Part shown: positions 37,622 through 47,037 of the stretch, one piece after another | Position numbering within the stretch: position 1 is the stretch's first letter | Layout: every line of letters starts with the position of its first letter | Source: a virus | Virus record (IMG/VR): IMGVR_UViG_3300028920_000065 | Coordinates: 12,922-76,921 of that record | DNA: 64,000 bases | Reading direction: 5' to 3' (one strand) | Made by a program: the position numbers and the translations under genes | The notes under the pieces: model-generated | Told to the model about the DNA's origin: nothing | Seen by the model: only the letters and a program-made list of their open reading frames with translations | Database searches by the model: none

Positions 37622-39025
37622 ATGACAGAAAAAAACATTCCTCTTCATGAAATGGCATCCGAGGATCGTATAGATTCCGTTAGGAGCATTCTTGAAGAAC
37701 ACAAAGTTCCAGAAAAAAACTGGAAACTGACATCTTTTTTAATGGGTGTTGGAATTGAAGAAGCAGAGAAAAATGGTGTAAATCTTGATGAAGCAGCAGG
37801 AAATGTAACAAGTGATGTTGAAGTTATTGCAAAAATGATGCAACCAATGATTACTCGTGGATTTGGACAGACAGCAGCAGCAGAAATATGCGGTGTATGG
37901 CCTATGAAATCTGACCAAGGTAAAATTGCTTACATGACTAATCATTTCACAAATGATCAAGCAAATCCTGTAAAAAGTAGCGATGGTCAAGTTTTAACAC
38001 TTGCAGATTCTTCAGCATTTACAGCAGGAGCAACAATTTCTAATAGTACTGCAAGTGCTATTGGTACTGTTCGCTATGTACAAAGTGAAGCACACACAAT
38101 TTTTGTTGAACTAAGTTCTGGTTCTTTTGGTGTAGGTGACAGTGTTGATGATGCTAGTCCTTATGTTGCTGAGGAATCAACTGTTTCAGTGAAATATACA
38201 ACAGAAATTGCACAAAATGTTTTTTCCAGTTATAGTGAATTTGCTACTATTCTTGCTGGTGAAAATGCTTCAACAACTATAAAAGAAGTTGAGCTTGAAG
38301 TTAATTTAAAAAGTGTTGAAGCTGAAAATCATAAACTTAGAACTCGCTATAGCAGAGAATTTGAAGCACGGATGAGAGATTATTATGGTCTTGATGCTGA
38401 TGGTCTTACTGATTCAGTTATGGCTATGGCTTTTAAACAAGAACTTAATAGACGAATATTCCAAGAAGTACTTGATGCTTCAACTTCTGGTGGAACTTCA
38501 ACATGGGATTATAATGTCGATTCAGATGGTAGATGGGAAGAAGAAAAAATTAAAACTCTCATGACAAAATTAAATTTTGAATCTGCTGATATTCTTCAAG
38601 CAAATTTCATGGAAGCTGGTAATTACATTGTTATGGATCCAATCACTTTCAGTTTTTGTAAATCTTATGGTTATATAGATATGAGTATGCTTGAAGGTAA
38701 CATGGCTCAGCCTATGAAATACCCCTTTGTTGGTATTCTTAATGGTCTTTTTAGAGTTTATGTTAATCCTTGGTTAAGATCTAGAACTCTTTCAATTGGT
38801 ATGAAGGATTTCTCAGGTGATCCTGCTGCTGAAACTAGAGCTGGAATATTTTTCAATCCTTATCTTGCAATGGATATTACTAAAACAATCCAAGATGCAA
38901 ACGGTCAACCTGTTAAATTTGCTTGGAGTATGTATGGTTTTACTGCTCATCCTTTAGCTGCAACAAGTGGAACAAATGATTTCTTTAGACGTGTAAACGT
39001 TTCTAATCTTCCTAATCATGCTTAA
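37622..39025 (+). CDS. gp23: Major capsid protein gp23-like
   Basis: AAEICGVWPM, SVEAENHKLRTRYSREF, ELNRRI, GNYIV, FVGILNG..RVYV, AGIFFNPY, YGFTAHP. Confidence 0.93.
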   Translation: MTEKNIPLHEMASEDRIDSVRSILEEHKVPEKNWKLTSFLMGVGIEEAEKNGVNLDEAAGNVTSDVEVIAKMMQPMITRGFGQTAAAEICGVWPMKSDQGKIAYMTNHFTNDQANPVKSSDGQVLTLADSSAFTAGATISNSTASAIGTVRYVQSEAHTIFVELSSGSFGVGDSVDDASPYVAEESTVSVKYTTEIAQNVFSSYSEFATILAGENASTTIKEVELEVNLKSVEAENHKLRTRYSREFEARMRDYYGLDADGLTDSVMAMAFKQELNRRIFQEVLDASTSGGTSTWDYNVDSDGRWEEEKIKTLMTKLNFESADILQANFMEAGNYIVMDPITFSFCKSYGYIDMSMLEGNMAQPMKYPFVGILNGLFRVYVNPWLRSRTLSIGMKDFSGDPAAETRAGIFFNPYLAMDITKTIQDANGQPVKFAWSMYGFTAHPLAATSGTNDFFRRVNVSNLPNHA

Positions 39026-39047
39026 TAATAAATCTTTTTAAACTCCT

Positions 39048-39077
39048 GGTCCCTTTTCGAAGGGACCTTTTTTTTTT
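39048..39077 (+). terminator. Intrinsic terminator after gp23
   Basis: GGTCCCTT-TTCG-AAGGGACC followed by 10 T. Confidence 0.93.
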
Positions 39078-39103
39078 GACTTTCTTAAAAAAATATATAT
39101 AAT
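39076..39103 (+). promoter_or_regulatory. Sigma70-like promoter
   Basis: TTGACT-N16-TATAAT. Confidence 0.7.
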
Positions 39104-39121
39104 AGAATAAATGTAATTGGG

Positions 39122-39298
39122 TTTAAATTGAAAGAAGGAATTTTAGAGAATAGAATAAAGTATCAAAAACATAAACTAAAAAACATTTTAGAAAATTTTG
39201 ATAAAGAATTGACTGAAATTGAAAATATGAAAAATCATGGGTTTGATAGAATTTTTGATGCTGGAAATAAAAAATTTATTTTGGAGAGAGGAAAATGA
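39122..39298 (+). pseudogene. C-terminal remnant of a Hef-like homing endonuclease
   Basis: Open frame ...NRIKYQKHKLKNILENFDKELTEIENMKNHGFDRIFDAGNKKF matches the R...QKHKL...FD...TE.ENM...G..RI.D.G C-terminal motif; no N-terminal part. Confidence 0.7.
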
Positions 39299-40317
39299 AG
39301 TATAAAAAATATAATAGTATTAAAAATATTTATGATGAATTATATATTGAAAAAATAAAAAATTTAAAATCTTCCCAATCAGTATCTTGGGTTGTAACAG
39401 AAAAAATTCATGGATCTAATTTTGCCTTTATAACGAATGGAAAAAATGTTGTTTGCCAAACAAGAAAACATATTCTTAAAGAAAATGAAAAATTTTATAA
39501 TTGGCAACTTGTCAGAGATGAAAACAAACAAAATATTTTAAATATGTTTAATTTGATAAGTGATAGGTTTTCTGATCCATTAGATGAAGTTTATGTTTTT
39601 GGTGAATTGTTTGGTGGTCATTATCAGCATAAAGACGTAATCCAATCAAATACATCAATAAGATTACAAAAAGGAATATCATATCATCCAGAAAATAAAT
39701 TCATGGCATTTGATATTTTTATTCGTTTAAAAAATTTGAAAACGAGATGGTTGAATTATAAAGAATTTATTATCATTACATTATCAAGCAATATTATGAC
39801 TGTTCCGGCTTTATTTATGGGAACATTAGAAGAATGTTTAGATTATCCAAATGCAATACACACTAAAGTTCCTCTTTATTTTAATTTGCCTGAAATTGAA
39901 GATAATATAGCTGAAGGAATTGTTATAAAACCTTATTTTCCAATTTTTTTAGGAAAAAGTAGAATCATTTTAAAAAATAAAAATAATAAATTTAAAGAAA
40001 AAGTAAAAAAGAAAAAAAATAAAATAATACAAAATGAATTTTCTGAAATTCAATTGAAATATATAAATGAATATAATTTATATTTGAGCAAAGAAAGATT
40101 TATAAATGCTGCTAGTAAAATTGGTGAACCAGATTTTGAAAAGTTTTCTCAATTTTCCAAAGAAATTTTTTTAGATGCTTTAAAAGATTTTTTAGAGGAT
40201 AATCAATCTAATATCATATTAGAAATACCTAATAAAAATGAAAGAAAAAGAGTTATGAAGCAATTAAAAAAATTAGTTGATTATTTTGTAAGAGATTATA
40301 TCATGGGAAAAATTTAA
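39295..40317 (+). CDS. rnlB: RNA ligase 2 (Rnl2 family)
   Basis: KKYNSI, TEKIHGSNF, VFGELFGG, FMAFDI, AEGIVIKP, ILKNKN.KFKE. Confidence 0.92.
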   Translation: MKYKKYNSIKNIYDELYIEKIKNLKSSQSVSWVVTEKIHGSNFAFITNGKNVVCQTRKHILKENEKFYNWQLVRDENKQNILNMFNLISDRFSDPLDEVYVFGELFGGHYQHKDVIQSNTSIRLQKGISYHPENKFMAFDIFIRLKNLKTRWLNYKEFIIITLSSNIMTVPALFMGTLEECLDYPNAIHTKVPLYFNLPEIEDNIAEGIVIKPYFPIFLGKSRIILKNKNNKFKEKVKKKKNKIIQNEFSEIQLKYINEYNLYLSKERFINAASKIGEPDFEKFSQFSKEIFLDALKDFLEDNQSNIILEIPNKNERKRVMKQLKKLVDYFVRDYIMGKI

Positions 40318-40333
40318 AATAATACTTTCTAAC

Positions 40334-40414
40334 GAACGAAAAATAATTATCTATACTCTGCTATTAAAAAGAACAGAAAATCGCTATAAATTAAAATATG
40401 AAACTCTCAGAGTA
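40334..40414 (+). repeat. Dispersed intergenic repeat, reference copy
   Basis: AAAAATAATTATCTATACTCTGCTATTAAAAAGAACAGAAAATCGCTATAAATTAAAATATGAAACTCTCAGA; reverse complements at 52875 and 57781. Confidence 0.9.
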
Positions 40415-40638
40415 TATTTTAAGTAGTTTGTATGGTAGTTTATATGTTTATCAAAGCAAATTGATCATTATATCATAAAATTTATTTTATGTCAATATTT
40501 TTAATAAAAAATTTCTTTAATAAAAATAAAGCTTTATAAATTTATTTAAAAATATCAATAGACATTCATAAAACATTTTATATAATTACAATATTCCACT
40601 ATGTGGACAGAATGATATATTATTAAAGGAGAAAAAAA

Positions 40639-41280
40639 ATGAAGAAATTAATTATTTTAATAATTTTCTTACTCTTTTCTTGTGCAACTCAATCTAAAAG
40701 GTCTTTGTTTCCAGCAAACACTCTTGCTAAAACAAAATCTGTTGTTATTGTTTGGGTCACAAAAATAGGGAAAGAAGGGGATAAATTAGTTCAGTTAAAT
40801 GCCATGGGAACTGGTTTTGTAATTGCTCCCAAACATATTATGACAAATTATCATGTTGTTGATGGAAGTATTTTGACAACAACAGAAAATTATAATGGGG
40901 ATAAGATATATTCAACAGTTGTTTATGCAAATCCAGAAACAGATATAGCAATTTTAAAAATGGAAACTGACCCAGAAGGTTTAGAACCATTGGAAGTTGA
41001 TACAGGAAGCAAAGTTGGTGATCAAATTCTGATCATTGGTCATCCTAGCCACGATTATTTTTTAAATGTAAGTGGAATCGTTTCAGCAATTAAATATCAA
41101 GGTGAGGTTTTAGAAATTCACACTGATGCAATGATTTATTATGGTTCAAGTGGATCTCCTATGATTAATACGGAAGGAAAAGTGATTGGAATTTCTGGAG
41201 GATTTTATTCTCAGAATAGAATTGGTATTGGTATTCATGCAAAACATATTATTGAAGCCATGAAAGCAATCGATTTATAA
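40639..41280 (+). CDS. Trypsin-like serine protease, predicted lipoprotein
   Basis: Lipobox LLFSC; GTGFVI, TNYHVV, DIAIL, GSSGSPM catalytic motifs. Confidence 0.88.
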   Translation: MKKLIILIIFLLFSCATQSKRSLFPANTLAKTKSVVIVWVTKIGKEGDKLVQLNAMGTGFVIAPKHIMTNYHVVDGSILTTTENYNGDKIYSTVVYANPETDIAILKMETDPEGLEPLEVDTGSKVGDQILIIGHPSHDYFLNVSGIVSAIKYQGEVLEIHTDAMIYYGSSGSPMINTEGKVIGISGGFYSQNRIGIGIHAKHIIEAMKAIDL

Positions 41281-41356
41281 TATTTTCTTAACAAAAATTA
41301 TCATTCATGTTGTAATAATGATATAAATAATTTTGTTATATTTATGGAGGAAATAG

Positions 41357-42091
41357 ATGACTATATTTCTTACTGGAGATTTACATGGACAAATTGATAT
41401 TCAAAAATTGTCCAGTGATAATTTTTCTGAAGGAAAAACTTTAACAAAAAATGATTTTCTTATAGTTTTAGGAGATTTTGGTTTAATATTTCATGAACCA
41501 AGTCACAAAAATTATAGATCAGAAAAACATTGGTTAAATTGGCTTGAAAAAAAGCCATGGACAACCCTTTTTGTAGATGGAAATCATGAAAATTTTGATA
41601 TAATAGAAAAATTACCAGAAGTTGAAATGTTTGGATCTAAAGTTGGAAAAGTGAATAATAGCATATACCATCTTAAAAGAGGAAATATTTATACAATAGA
41701 AAATAAAACTTTTCTTGCTCTTGGTGGAGCTGCATCAGTTGATAAGAATTCAAGATTATTTGATGAGAAAATTTATAAACAAAAATTATGGTGGGATCAA
41801 GAACTTTGGACAAAAAAAGAAGAAAATTATTGCCTTGATATATTGGATAAAAATAATTGGAAAGTTGATTATGTTATTTCACATACTGCCCCAGATAAAA
41901 TAATAGAAGATATGTTTCGTGATCATTGGTCATTTTCTCAAAGATTTAATGATCCTACAGCAAGATTTTTTGATTATCTTTATAGCAAAGCAAATTTAAT
42001 ATTTAAAAAGTGGTATTTTGGTCATTTTCATAAAAATAGAGAATTGAAAAAGTTTAGATGTTTATATGGAGATATTGTTAGATTAAATTAA
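41357..42091 (+). CDS. Calcineurin-like metallophosphoesterase
   Basis: TGDLHG, LGDFG, DGNHENF, SHTAP, WYFGHFH. Confidence 0.9.
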   Translation: MTIFLTGDLHGQIDIQKLSSDNFSEGKTLTKNDFLIVLGDFGLIFHEPSHKNYRSEKHWLNWLEKKPWTTLFVDGNHENFDIIEKLPEVEMFGSKVGKVNNSIYHLKRGNIYTIENKTFLALGGAASVDKNSRLFDEKIYKQKLWWDQELWTKKEENYCLDILDKNNWKVDYVISHTAPDKIIEDMFRDHWSFSQRFNDPTARFFDYLYSKANLIFKKWYFGHFHKNRELKKFRCLYGDIVRLN

Positions 42092-42099
42092 AGGACGAT

Positions 42100-42567
42100 A
42101 TGATGGGATGCGATATTCATTCATTTGCAGAAGTAAGAAAAGATGGTAAGTGGCAGTATACTGGAAATGTTTTTCGAGACGATGAAATGATGAGAAAATA
42201 TTCAAAAAAATATAAAACAGATGAAGTTTTCCTGTATAGAAATTATGGTTTGTTTGGATTTTTAGCAGATGTGAGAAATTATAGTTGTGTTGAATCATTT
42301 GAAGCAAAAGGATGGCCAACTGATAGTGAATATTTTGATGTGATTAACCCAAACCAAGACTGTGATTTTCATACATATTCATATCTTACTCTTGAGGAAC
42401 TTCTTGATTTTGATTATTCAAAAGAATTTGAAGATCAAAGGAGTCGAGTGAAATCAGCAATATCTTATAAAGAATTTCTAGGAGAGTTTTATTTTCAAAG
42501 ACTTGAAGAATTAAAGAAACTTGGAAATCCATCTGATGTTAGAGTTGTTTTTTGGTTTGATAATTAA
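42100..42567 (+). CDS. Conserved phage hypothetical protein
   Basis: MGCDIH.F.E...RNYGLFGFLADVRN...DVRVVFWFDN family pattern. Confidence 0.8.
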   Translation: MMGCDIHSFAEVRKDGKWQYTGNVFRDDEMMRKYSKKYKTDEVFLYRNYGLFGFLADVRNYSCVESFEAKGWPTDSEYFDVINPNQDCDFHTYSYLTLEELLDFDYSKEFEDQRSRVKSAISYKEFLGEFYFQRLEELKKLGNPSDVRVVFWFDN

Positions 42568-42580
42568 ACGTAGGAGAATT

Positions 42581-42631
42581 ATGAGGTTAATAATCGCTGG
42601 CGGTAGAGATTTTAGGGATTATGAATTATAA
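42581..42631 (+). pseudogene. 16-codon N-terminal stub of a YspA/DUF2493 (SLOG) family gene
   Basis: AGGAG RBS then MRLIIAGGRDFRDYEL*, matching the M..IIAGGRDF.DY N-terminus. Confidence 0.75.
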
Positions 42632-42911
42632 AGAATATCTTGATCTTATCGATAAAATATCAATTGAAGATTTCAAAGAAATGAGATTATTTGAAATATT
42701 AACTTTCAACATGGTAACTGAAATGATTAGATGGTATGTTACAAATCTAATAGAAAATACATCAGAAACATACTTGAAAAATCATGTACTAGAATATTCT
42801 TTTTCTTTAGAAAAACTTAGTGAAGTTAGGAAAATATTAAAGAAACATATTCTTAATGGAAATATTAAATGTTTAAGTGAAAGGGTTGAAGTATTAGAGG
42901 AGGATGAGTAA
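42621..42911 (+). CDS. Hypothetical protein
   Basis: 96-aa ORF. Confidence 0.6.
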   Translation: MNYKEYLDLIDKISIEDFKEMRLFEILTFNMVTEMIRWYVTNLIENTSETYLKNHVLEYSFSLEKLSEVRKILKKHILNGNIKCLSERVEVLEEDE

Positions 42912-43118
42912 ATGAATTGTAAAAAATGTAATTCAAAAGAGACAAATTATCAACAAGAATATATTCATAATAGAAATGCGGGAACAATAAGAGAAATGGC
43001 GTATATTCATTGTAAAGACTGCAATCATAGAGAATTTATTTATGATATTTTTAAAGATAAAGACGGAAAAATCTATGATGGTCAAGAGATTGTAAAAAAA
43101 GGTTTATTGTCGAATTGA
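42912..43118 (+). CDS. Small zinc-ribbon protein
   Basis: CKKC...CKDC. Confidence 0.6.
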   Translation: MNCKKCNSKETNYQQEYIHNRNAGTIREMAYIHCKDCNHREFIYDIFKDKDGKIYDGQEIVKKGLLSN

Positions 43119-43283
43119 AAAAAGGATTCTTTTTGATAACCTAAATTCTTTTTACTAAAATTCTATAATGAAGACATTGAATATTATGACTGACAGATAG
43201 TATTGTTTGAATTTCAATGTTTCTTTCTTTTCCTGGTTTTGTCAAGCTAAAATAAATAATAATGAATATAATAGAGGAATAAA

Positions 43284-43670
43284 ATGACACTAAAAACTTT
43301 TGATCCAAATCTTAGAAAAATATCTAATAATTCAATCGCTGAAAAAACTGGTGTTGATGCATTTATATTAATGTTACAAGATGTTATTGAAACAGAAATA
43401 GCTGAATGTCCAGAGGATATTAATAGAGGTACAAATATTTCAACTGATTATTTAAATGGTTCGGTAAATATGCTAAATTCTATGATTCTTGAAAATATTG
43501 TTTACCTTGCTATAAAAAATAATATACCAGAAATAGAAATTTCTGAGGATCAAATTGAAATTGTCGCTGATTATGATAATGAGGAATATCTTTTTTATAT
43601 TAGTGTTTCTTCTGAAAATCAAACAGAAGAGGATCAAGTATTATCATTTTCTTTGAATATTAAAAGATAA
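43284..43670 (+). CDS. gp25: Baseplate wedge subunit gp25-like
   Basis: TEIAECPEDINRGTNI...AIKNNIPEIEI...IVADYDNEEY; late promoter; precedes gp6. Confidence 0.65.
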   Translation: MTLKTFDPNLRKISNNSIAEKTGVDAFILMLQDVIETEIAECPEDINRGTNISTDYLNGSVNMLNSMILENIVYLAIKNNIPEIEISEDQIEIVADYDNEEYLFYISVSSENQTEEDQVLSFSLNIKR

Positions 43671-43716
43671 TCCATAAATATAAATAATTCTGAATGAATT
43701 TATTGGAGAGAATTTA

Positions 43717-45882
43717 ATGGCTGATAGAATATTAATTAATCAAGCGGATTTAGATTTAATTGAGCAGAATCTTATTACATATCTTAATGCAGATGGTTCA
43801 CCATTTAAGGGCTATAATTTTAAATCAGGTCCACTTGCTGGAATCATAAGAATTGCAAAATTTATTATAAGAAATCTTTCTTTTCAACTCAATAAAACTG
43901 TTCAAGAAATATTTCTTGATACTGCAACTCTTGATGAGGTCATTTATTCGTTAATAAAAAATTTTAATTTTATTCCAGGTTTGAATCGTCCAGCAAAAAA
44001 ATATTTAAAAATGAAATTTGATTTAAAATCAGCAGGACTTGTTCCTTCATCATCTGATCATTTTAAAGTTTATTGGAACACAGCACAATATACAAGTTCA
44101 TATAATTTTATTCCGACACTTAGAGATAAATGGCAGGAGGAGTATTATACAAATGCTTCTGCATCTGATTATGTTGATCAAAATATGTTTTATTATTACA
44201 TGCAAAGAATAACAACCGAAACTGAAGATTATCTTGCTGCTATTATGCCAGTTTATCAGGCAGATTGGACGCATTCTGAATGGACTTTTAATTCCGTTAC
44301 TATGTCTCAAGAATTTGAATTGAAAGATGGATCCTCTAATTATTATGGAGATAAAGTTGTTGCTGAATCAATTAGAGTTTTTGTAAAGGAATTATCTGGA
44401 ACATGGTATGAATACAAAAATATTAGATTAGGACTATTTGATTATGATACATTAAGGGCATTTAGGATTAATTATGATACAGCAAAAGGATTAACAATAG
44501 AATTTAATATTGATCATCTTTCGCGTGAAATTCAAGATACTGAAACAGTAAGAATATTTTATGCAATTACTGAAGGTGATGATATTAATGAGGTCACTGG
44601 TGATAATGTTTTTAATAACACAAAATTTAATGATTTACAAATTTATTCAGTTGATCCAACTGGAACAGCAACTTCTATTTTCGAGTCACTATCGAATGGT
44701 ACATCTATTTCTCCATTGACAGCGTATGCAACTTATTTTTCATCTTTTCTTGTAGATGGTGAAGCAATGATTATGGATGATGAAAGTACAAATACAACAC
44801 ACCTCGCATATTTTGATAATGGAGTAGGACCTCAAGATATTACATCAATTAAAAAATCAGCTCCACTTTTTTATGTTACACAAGGAAGGGCGGTTACTGA
44901 GGATGATTATAATTTTCTTTTAGATTCAAAATTTGTAGAATACAAGGATATTAAAGCATGGGGAGGTCAGCGGGAATTTTATGATATGACTGAATTAATA
45001 ACTGATGAAATTGATTCTGCTTTAAGCTATGATCCAGCAACTTCAATATATTCTGGAACTTTTGATGATGTTTTTTCAGCTGTGACAAATATTTTATTGC
45101 AACAATATTCAAATGGAGCATTGACAGTAAATTCAGTTGATTATCAATCAATTCAAGATGGAAAATATCGTTCTGATAGAGGATTTGTTTATTATTCATT
45201 TTTTGATGATAATTTTCAATTTGTTTCAACATCTGAAAATAAATCTGAAATAGTTCAATATCTCGATCAATATAAAATATTGACTATGTATTATAAATAT
45301 CTTGATCCTGTTTTTGTTTTATTAAAACCAAGGGTTGTAATGACAATTAACAAAGGATATACAAAATCTTTTAATATTTATGAAATGAAACAGAACATCT
45401 ATAATTGGTTTAATTCTGATATTGCTTTTGATAGAAAGATTGATTTGAAAGAATTGAATTCTTACTTATTATCGTTTGATGAAGTCGATGCCGTCGATTC
45501 AATAGGATTTACAGCAAAATTAAAGATTAAAACTCCTGATACAGTTGATGATTATGCTTATATTAGAGCATTTAATAAATTTTCCGGTGAATTGAATAAT
45601 AAACCAATAAAAGTTTTCAATGGAACTTCATTAGTTGAATTAGCGACAATTTCAACCAATGATGGAAATGTTAATATTACTGTTGGTGGATCAAATATTT
45701 CCTATACTGATTCAGCAAATATTCAAAAAGGAATTGTAAGATTTCAACCATGGTCAGATTTATTAAATTATTCATATTTTTATATAGATGAAATATCATT
45801 TGCATCATTTAAACTGAGGAGTATTAGAGAATCAGTTCTTGGTGTTGAAAATGTCAATGATATATCTTTGGTTTTGGAGTAA
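43717..45882 (+). CDS. gp6: Baseplate wedge subunit gp6-like
   Basis: DLDLIEQNLITYL...FKGYNFKSG, EIFLDTATL, SIKKSAPLFYVTQGRAVTEDDY, AWGG. Confidence 0.9.
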   Translation: MADRILINQADLDLIEQNLITYLNADGSPFKGYNFKSGPLAGIIRIAKFIIRNLSFQLNKTVQEIFLDTATLDEVIYSLIKNFNFIPGLNRPAKKYLKMKFDLKSAGLVPSSSDHFKVYWNTAQYTSSYNFIPTLRDKWQEEYYTNASASDYVDQNMFYYYMQRITTETEDYLAAIMPVYQADWTHSEWTFNSVTMSQEFELKDGSSNYYGDKVVAESIRVFVKELSGTWYEYKNIRLGLFDYDTLRAFRINYDTAKGLTIEFNIDHLSREIQDTETVRIFYAITEGDDINEVTGDNVFNNTKFNDLQIYSVDPTGTATSIFESLSNGTSISPLTAYATYFSSFLVDGEAMIMDDESTNTTHLAYFDNGVGPQDITSIKKSAPLFYVTQGRAVTEDDYNFLLDSKFVEYKDIKAWGGQREFYDMTELITDEIDSALSYDPATSIYSGTFDDVFSAVTNILLQQYSNGALTVNSVDYQSIQDGKYRSDRGFVYYSFFDDNFQFVSTSENKSEIVQYLDQYKILTMYYKYLDPVFVLLKPRVVMTINKGYTKSFNIYEMKQNIYNWFNSDIAFDRKIDLKELNSYLLSFDEVDAVDSIGFTAKLKIKTPDTVDDYAYIRAFNKFSGELNNKPIKVFNGTSLVELATISTNDGNVNITVGGSNISYTDSANIQKGIVRFQPWSDLLNYSYFYIDEISFASFKLRSIRESVLGVENVNDISLVLE

Positions 45883-45885
45883 TAA

Positions 45886-47007
45886 ATGACATATACTAAA
45901 TCACTTAGACCATTTTTAAAATTGTTTCTTCCAAAATATATTCATAGGGAATATCCCAAATATGTTGAATTATGTGATAAAATATTACAATATTTGGAAG
46001 AAACAAATAATTTAAAATGGTATGTTGGTGATACTACAAATCAAAAATTAAATTCAATTTATCATAATATAGAAAATTTTGATAAACATTTTATTATAGA
46101 TGATCTTCCTGTAGAAAATATTTCTGTTTTAAATGCTTACTTAAATGATTTTGCGAGTGATATAGATTATAGGAATACTGTTTTAGATTTTAATTCTGAA
46201 GATATGAGACAAATTGCAAAATATGCAAATGTAATTTATAATTTAAAGGATTCTTGGAAAGCATATAATTTTATATTTGCGTTAATTCATGCACCAATTA
46301 TCAGTGGTGCAACAATATCACTTTCTTTTGATGCTTTTTATAAAGCCGATTCAACTTTTCTTGATGAAACACCTCCTGATTATTTTTATAGGCTTGAAGT
46401 TGCAGATTCGACAAATATTAATTATGGAGATGTACTTGTAGGATCTTCTAGTTCCGCATCTGGTACAGTAAAATATATTGATTCTGATAATGATATAATT
46501 TATCTCGATAGGGTAGAAAATACTTTTTCAGCAGCTGAAACTTTAACTTTTAATGCAACTGCTATAACAACAATTTCAACTATTTTAACAAGTGATTATT
46601 TAGATGATGATAAAATAATTTTGACAGAAATTCCTGTTTATTCTATTGAATCTAATGGAATAAATGGTTTACAACTGGATAGGGCTGATGTAACAATTGA
46701 TGATAAAGGTACTCATCCATTTGAATATCAAATAATTGGAAAAAATGATATTTTAAGTACTGGAACATTTGTTTCCGATTTAAGAAAATCCATGCATCCT
46801 GCTGGTTTTGATGCTGATATTTTTTATGTTCTTGATGATATAGAAATTTTAAGTACAGAGGATAGCAAAATATTTCCAAAGCAAATTTTTACATTGGAAT
46901 GCGTTTCAACTGGATATGATTTATTAAAGAATGATGGAATTAATATTATCACAAATGATAATTATCATATTATTGTCACGGAAGAAGTATTTCCCACGGG
47001 ATTATAA
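45886..47007 (+). CDS. Baseplate wedge protein (gp7-like)
   Basis: LPKYIHREYPKYV..., IYNLKDS..AYNFIF, MHPAGF motif; follows gp6. Confidence 0.65.
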   Translation: MTYTKSLRPFLKLFLPKYIHREYPKYVELCDKILQYLEETNNLKWYVGDTTNQKLNSIYHNIENFDKHFIIDDLPVENISVLNAYLNDFASDIDYRNTVLDFNSEDMRQIAKYANVIYNLKDSWKAYNFIFALIHAPIISGATISLSFDAFYKADSTFLDETPPDYFYRLEVADSTNINYGDVLVGSSSSASGTVKYIDSDNDIIYLDRVENTFSAAETLTFNATAITTISTILTSDYLDDDKIILTEIPVYSIESNGINGLQLDRADVTIDDKGTHPFEYQIIGKNDILSTGTFVSDLRKSMHPAGFDADIFYVLDDIEILSTEDSKIFPKQIFTLECVSTGYDLLKNDGINIITNDNYHIIVTEEVFPTGL

Positions 47008-47037
47008 ATAATTATGAATTATAAGAGGTAAAATAAT

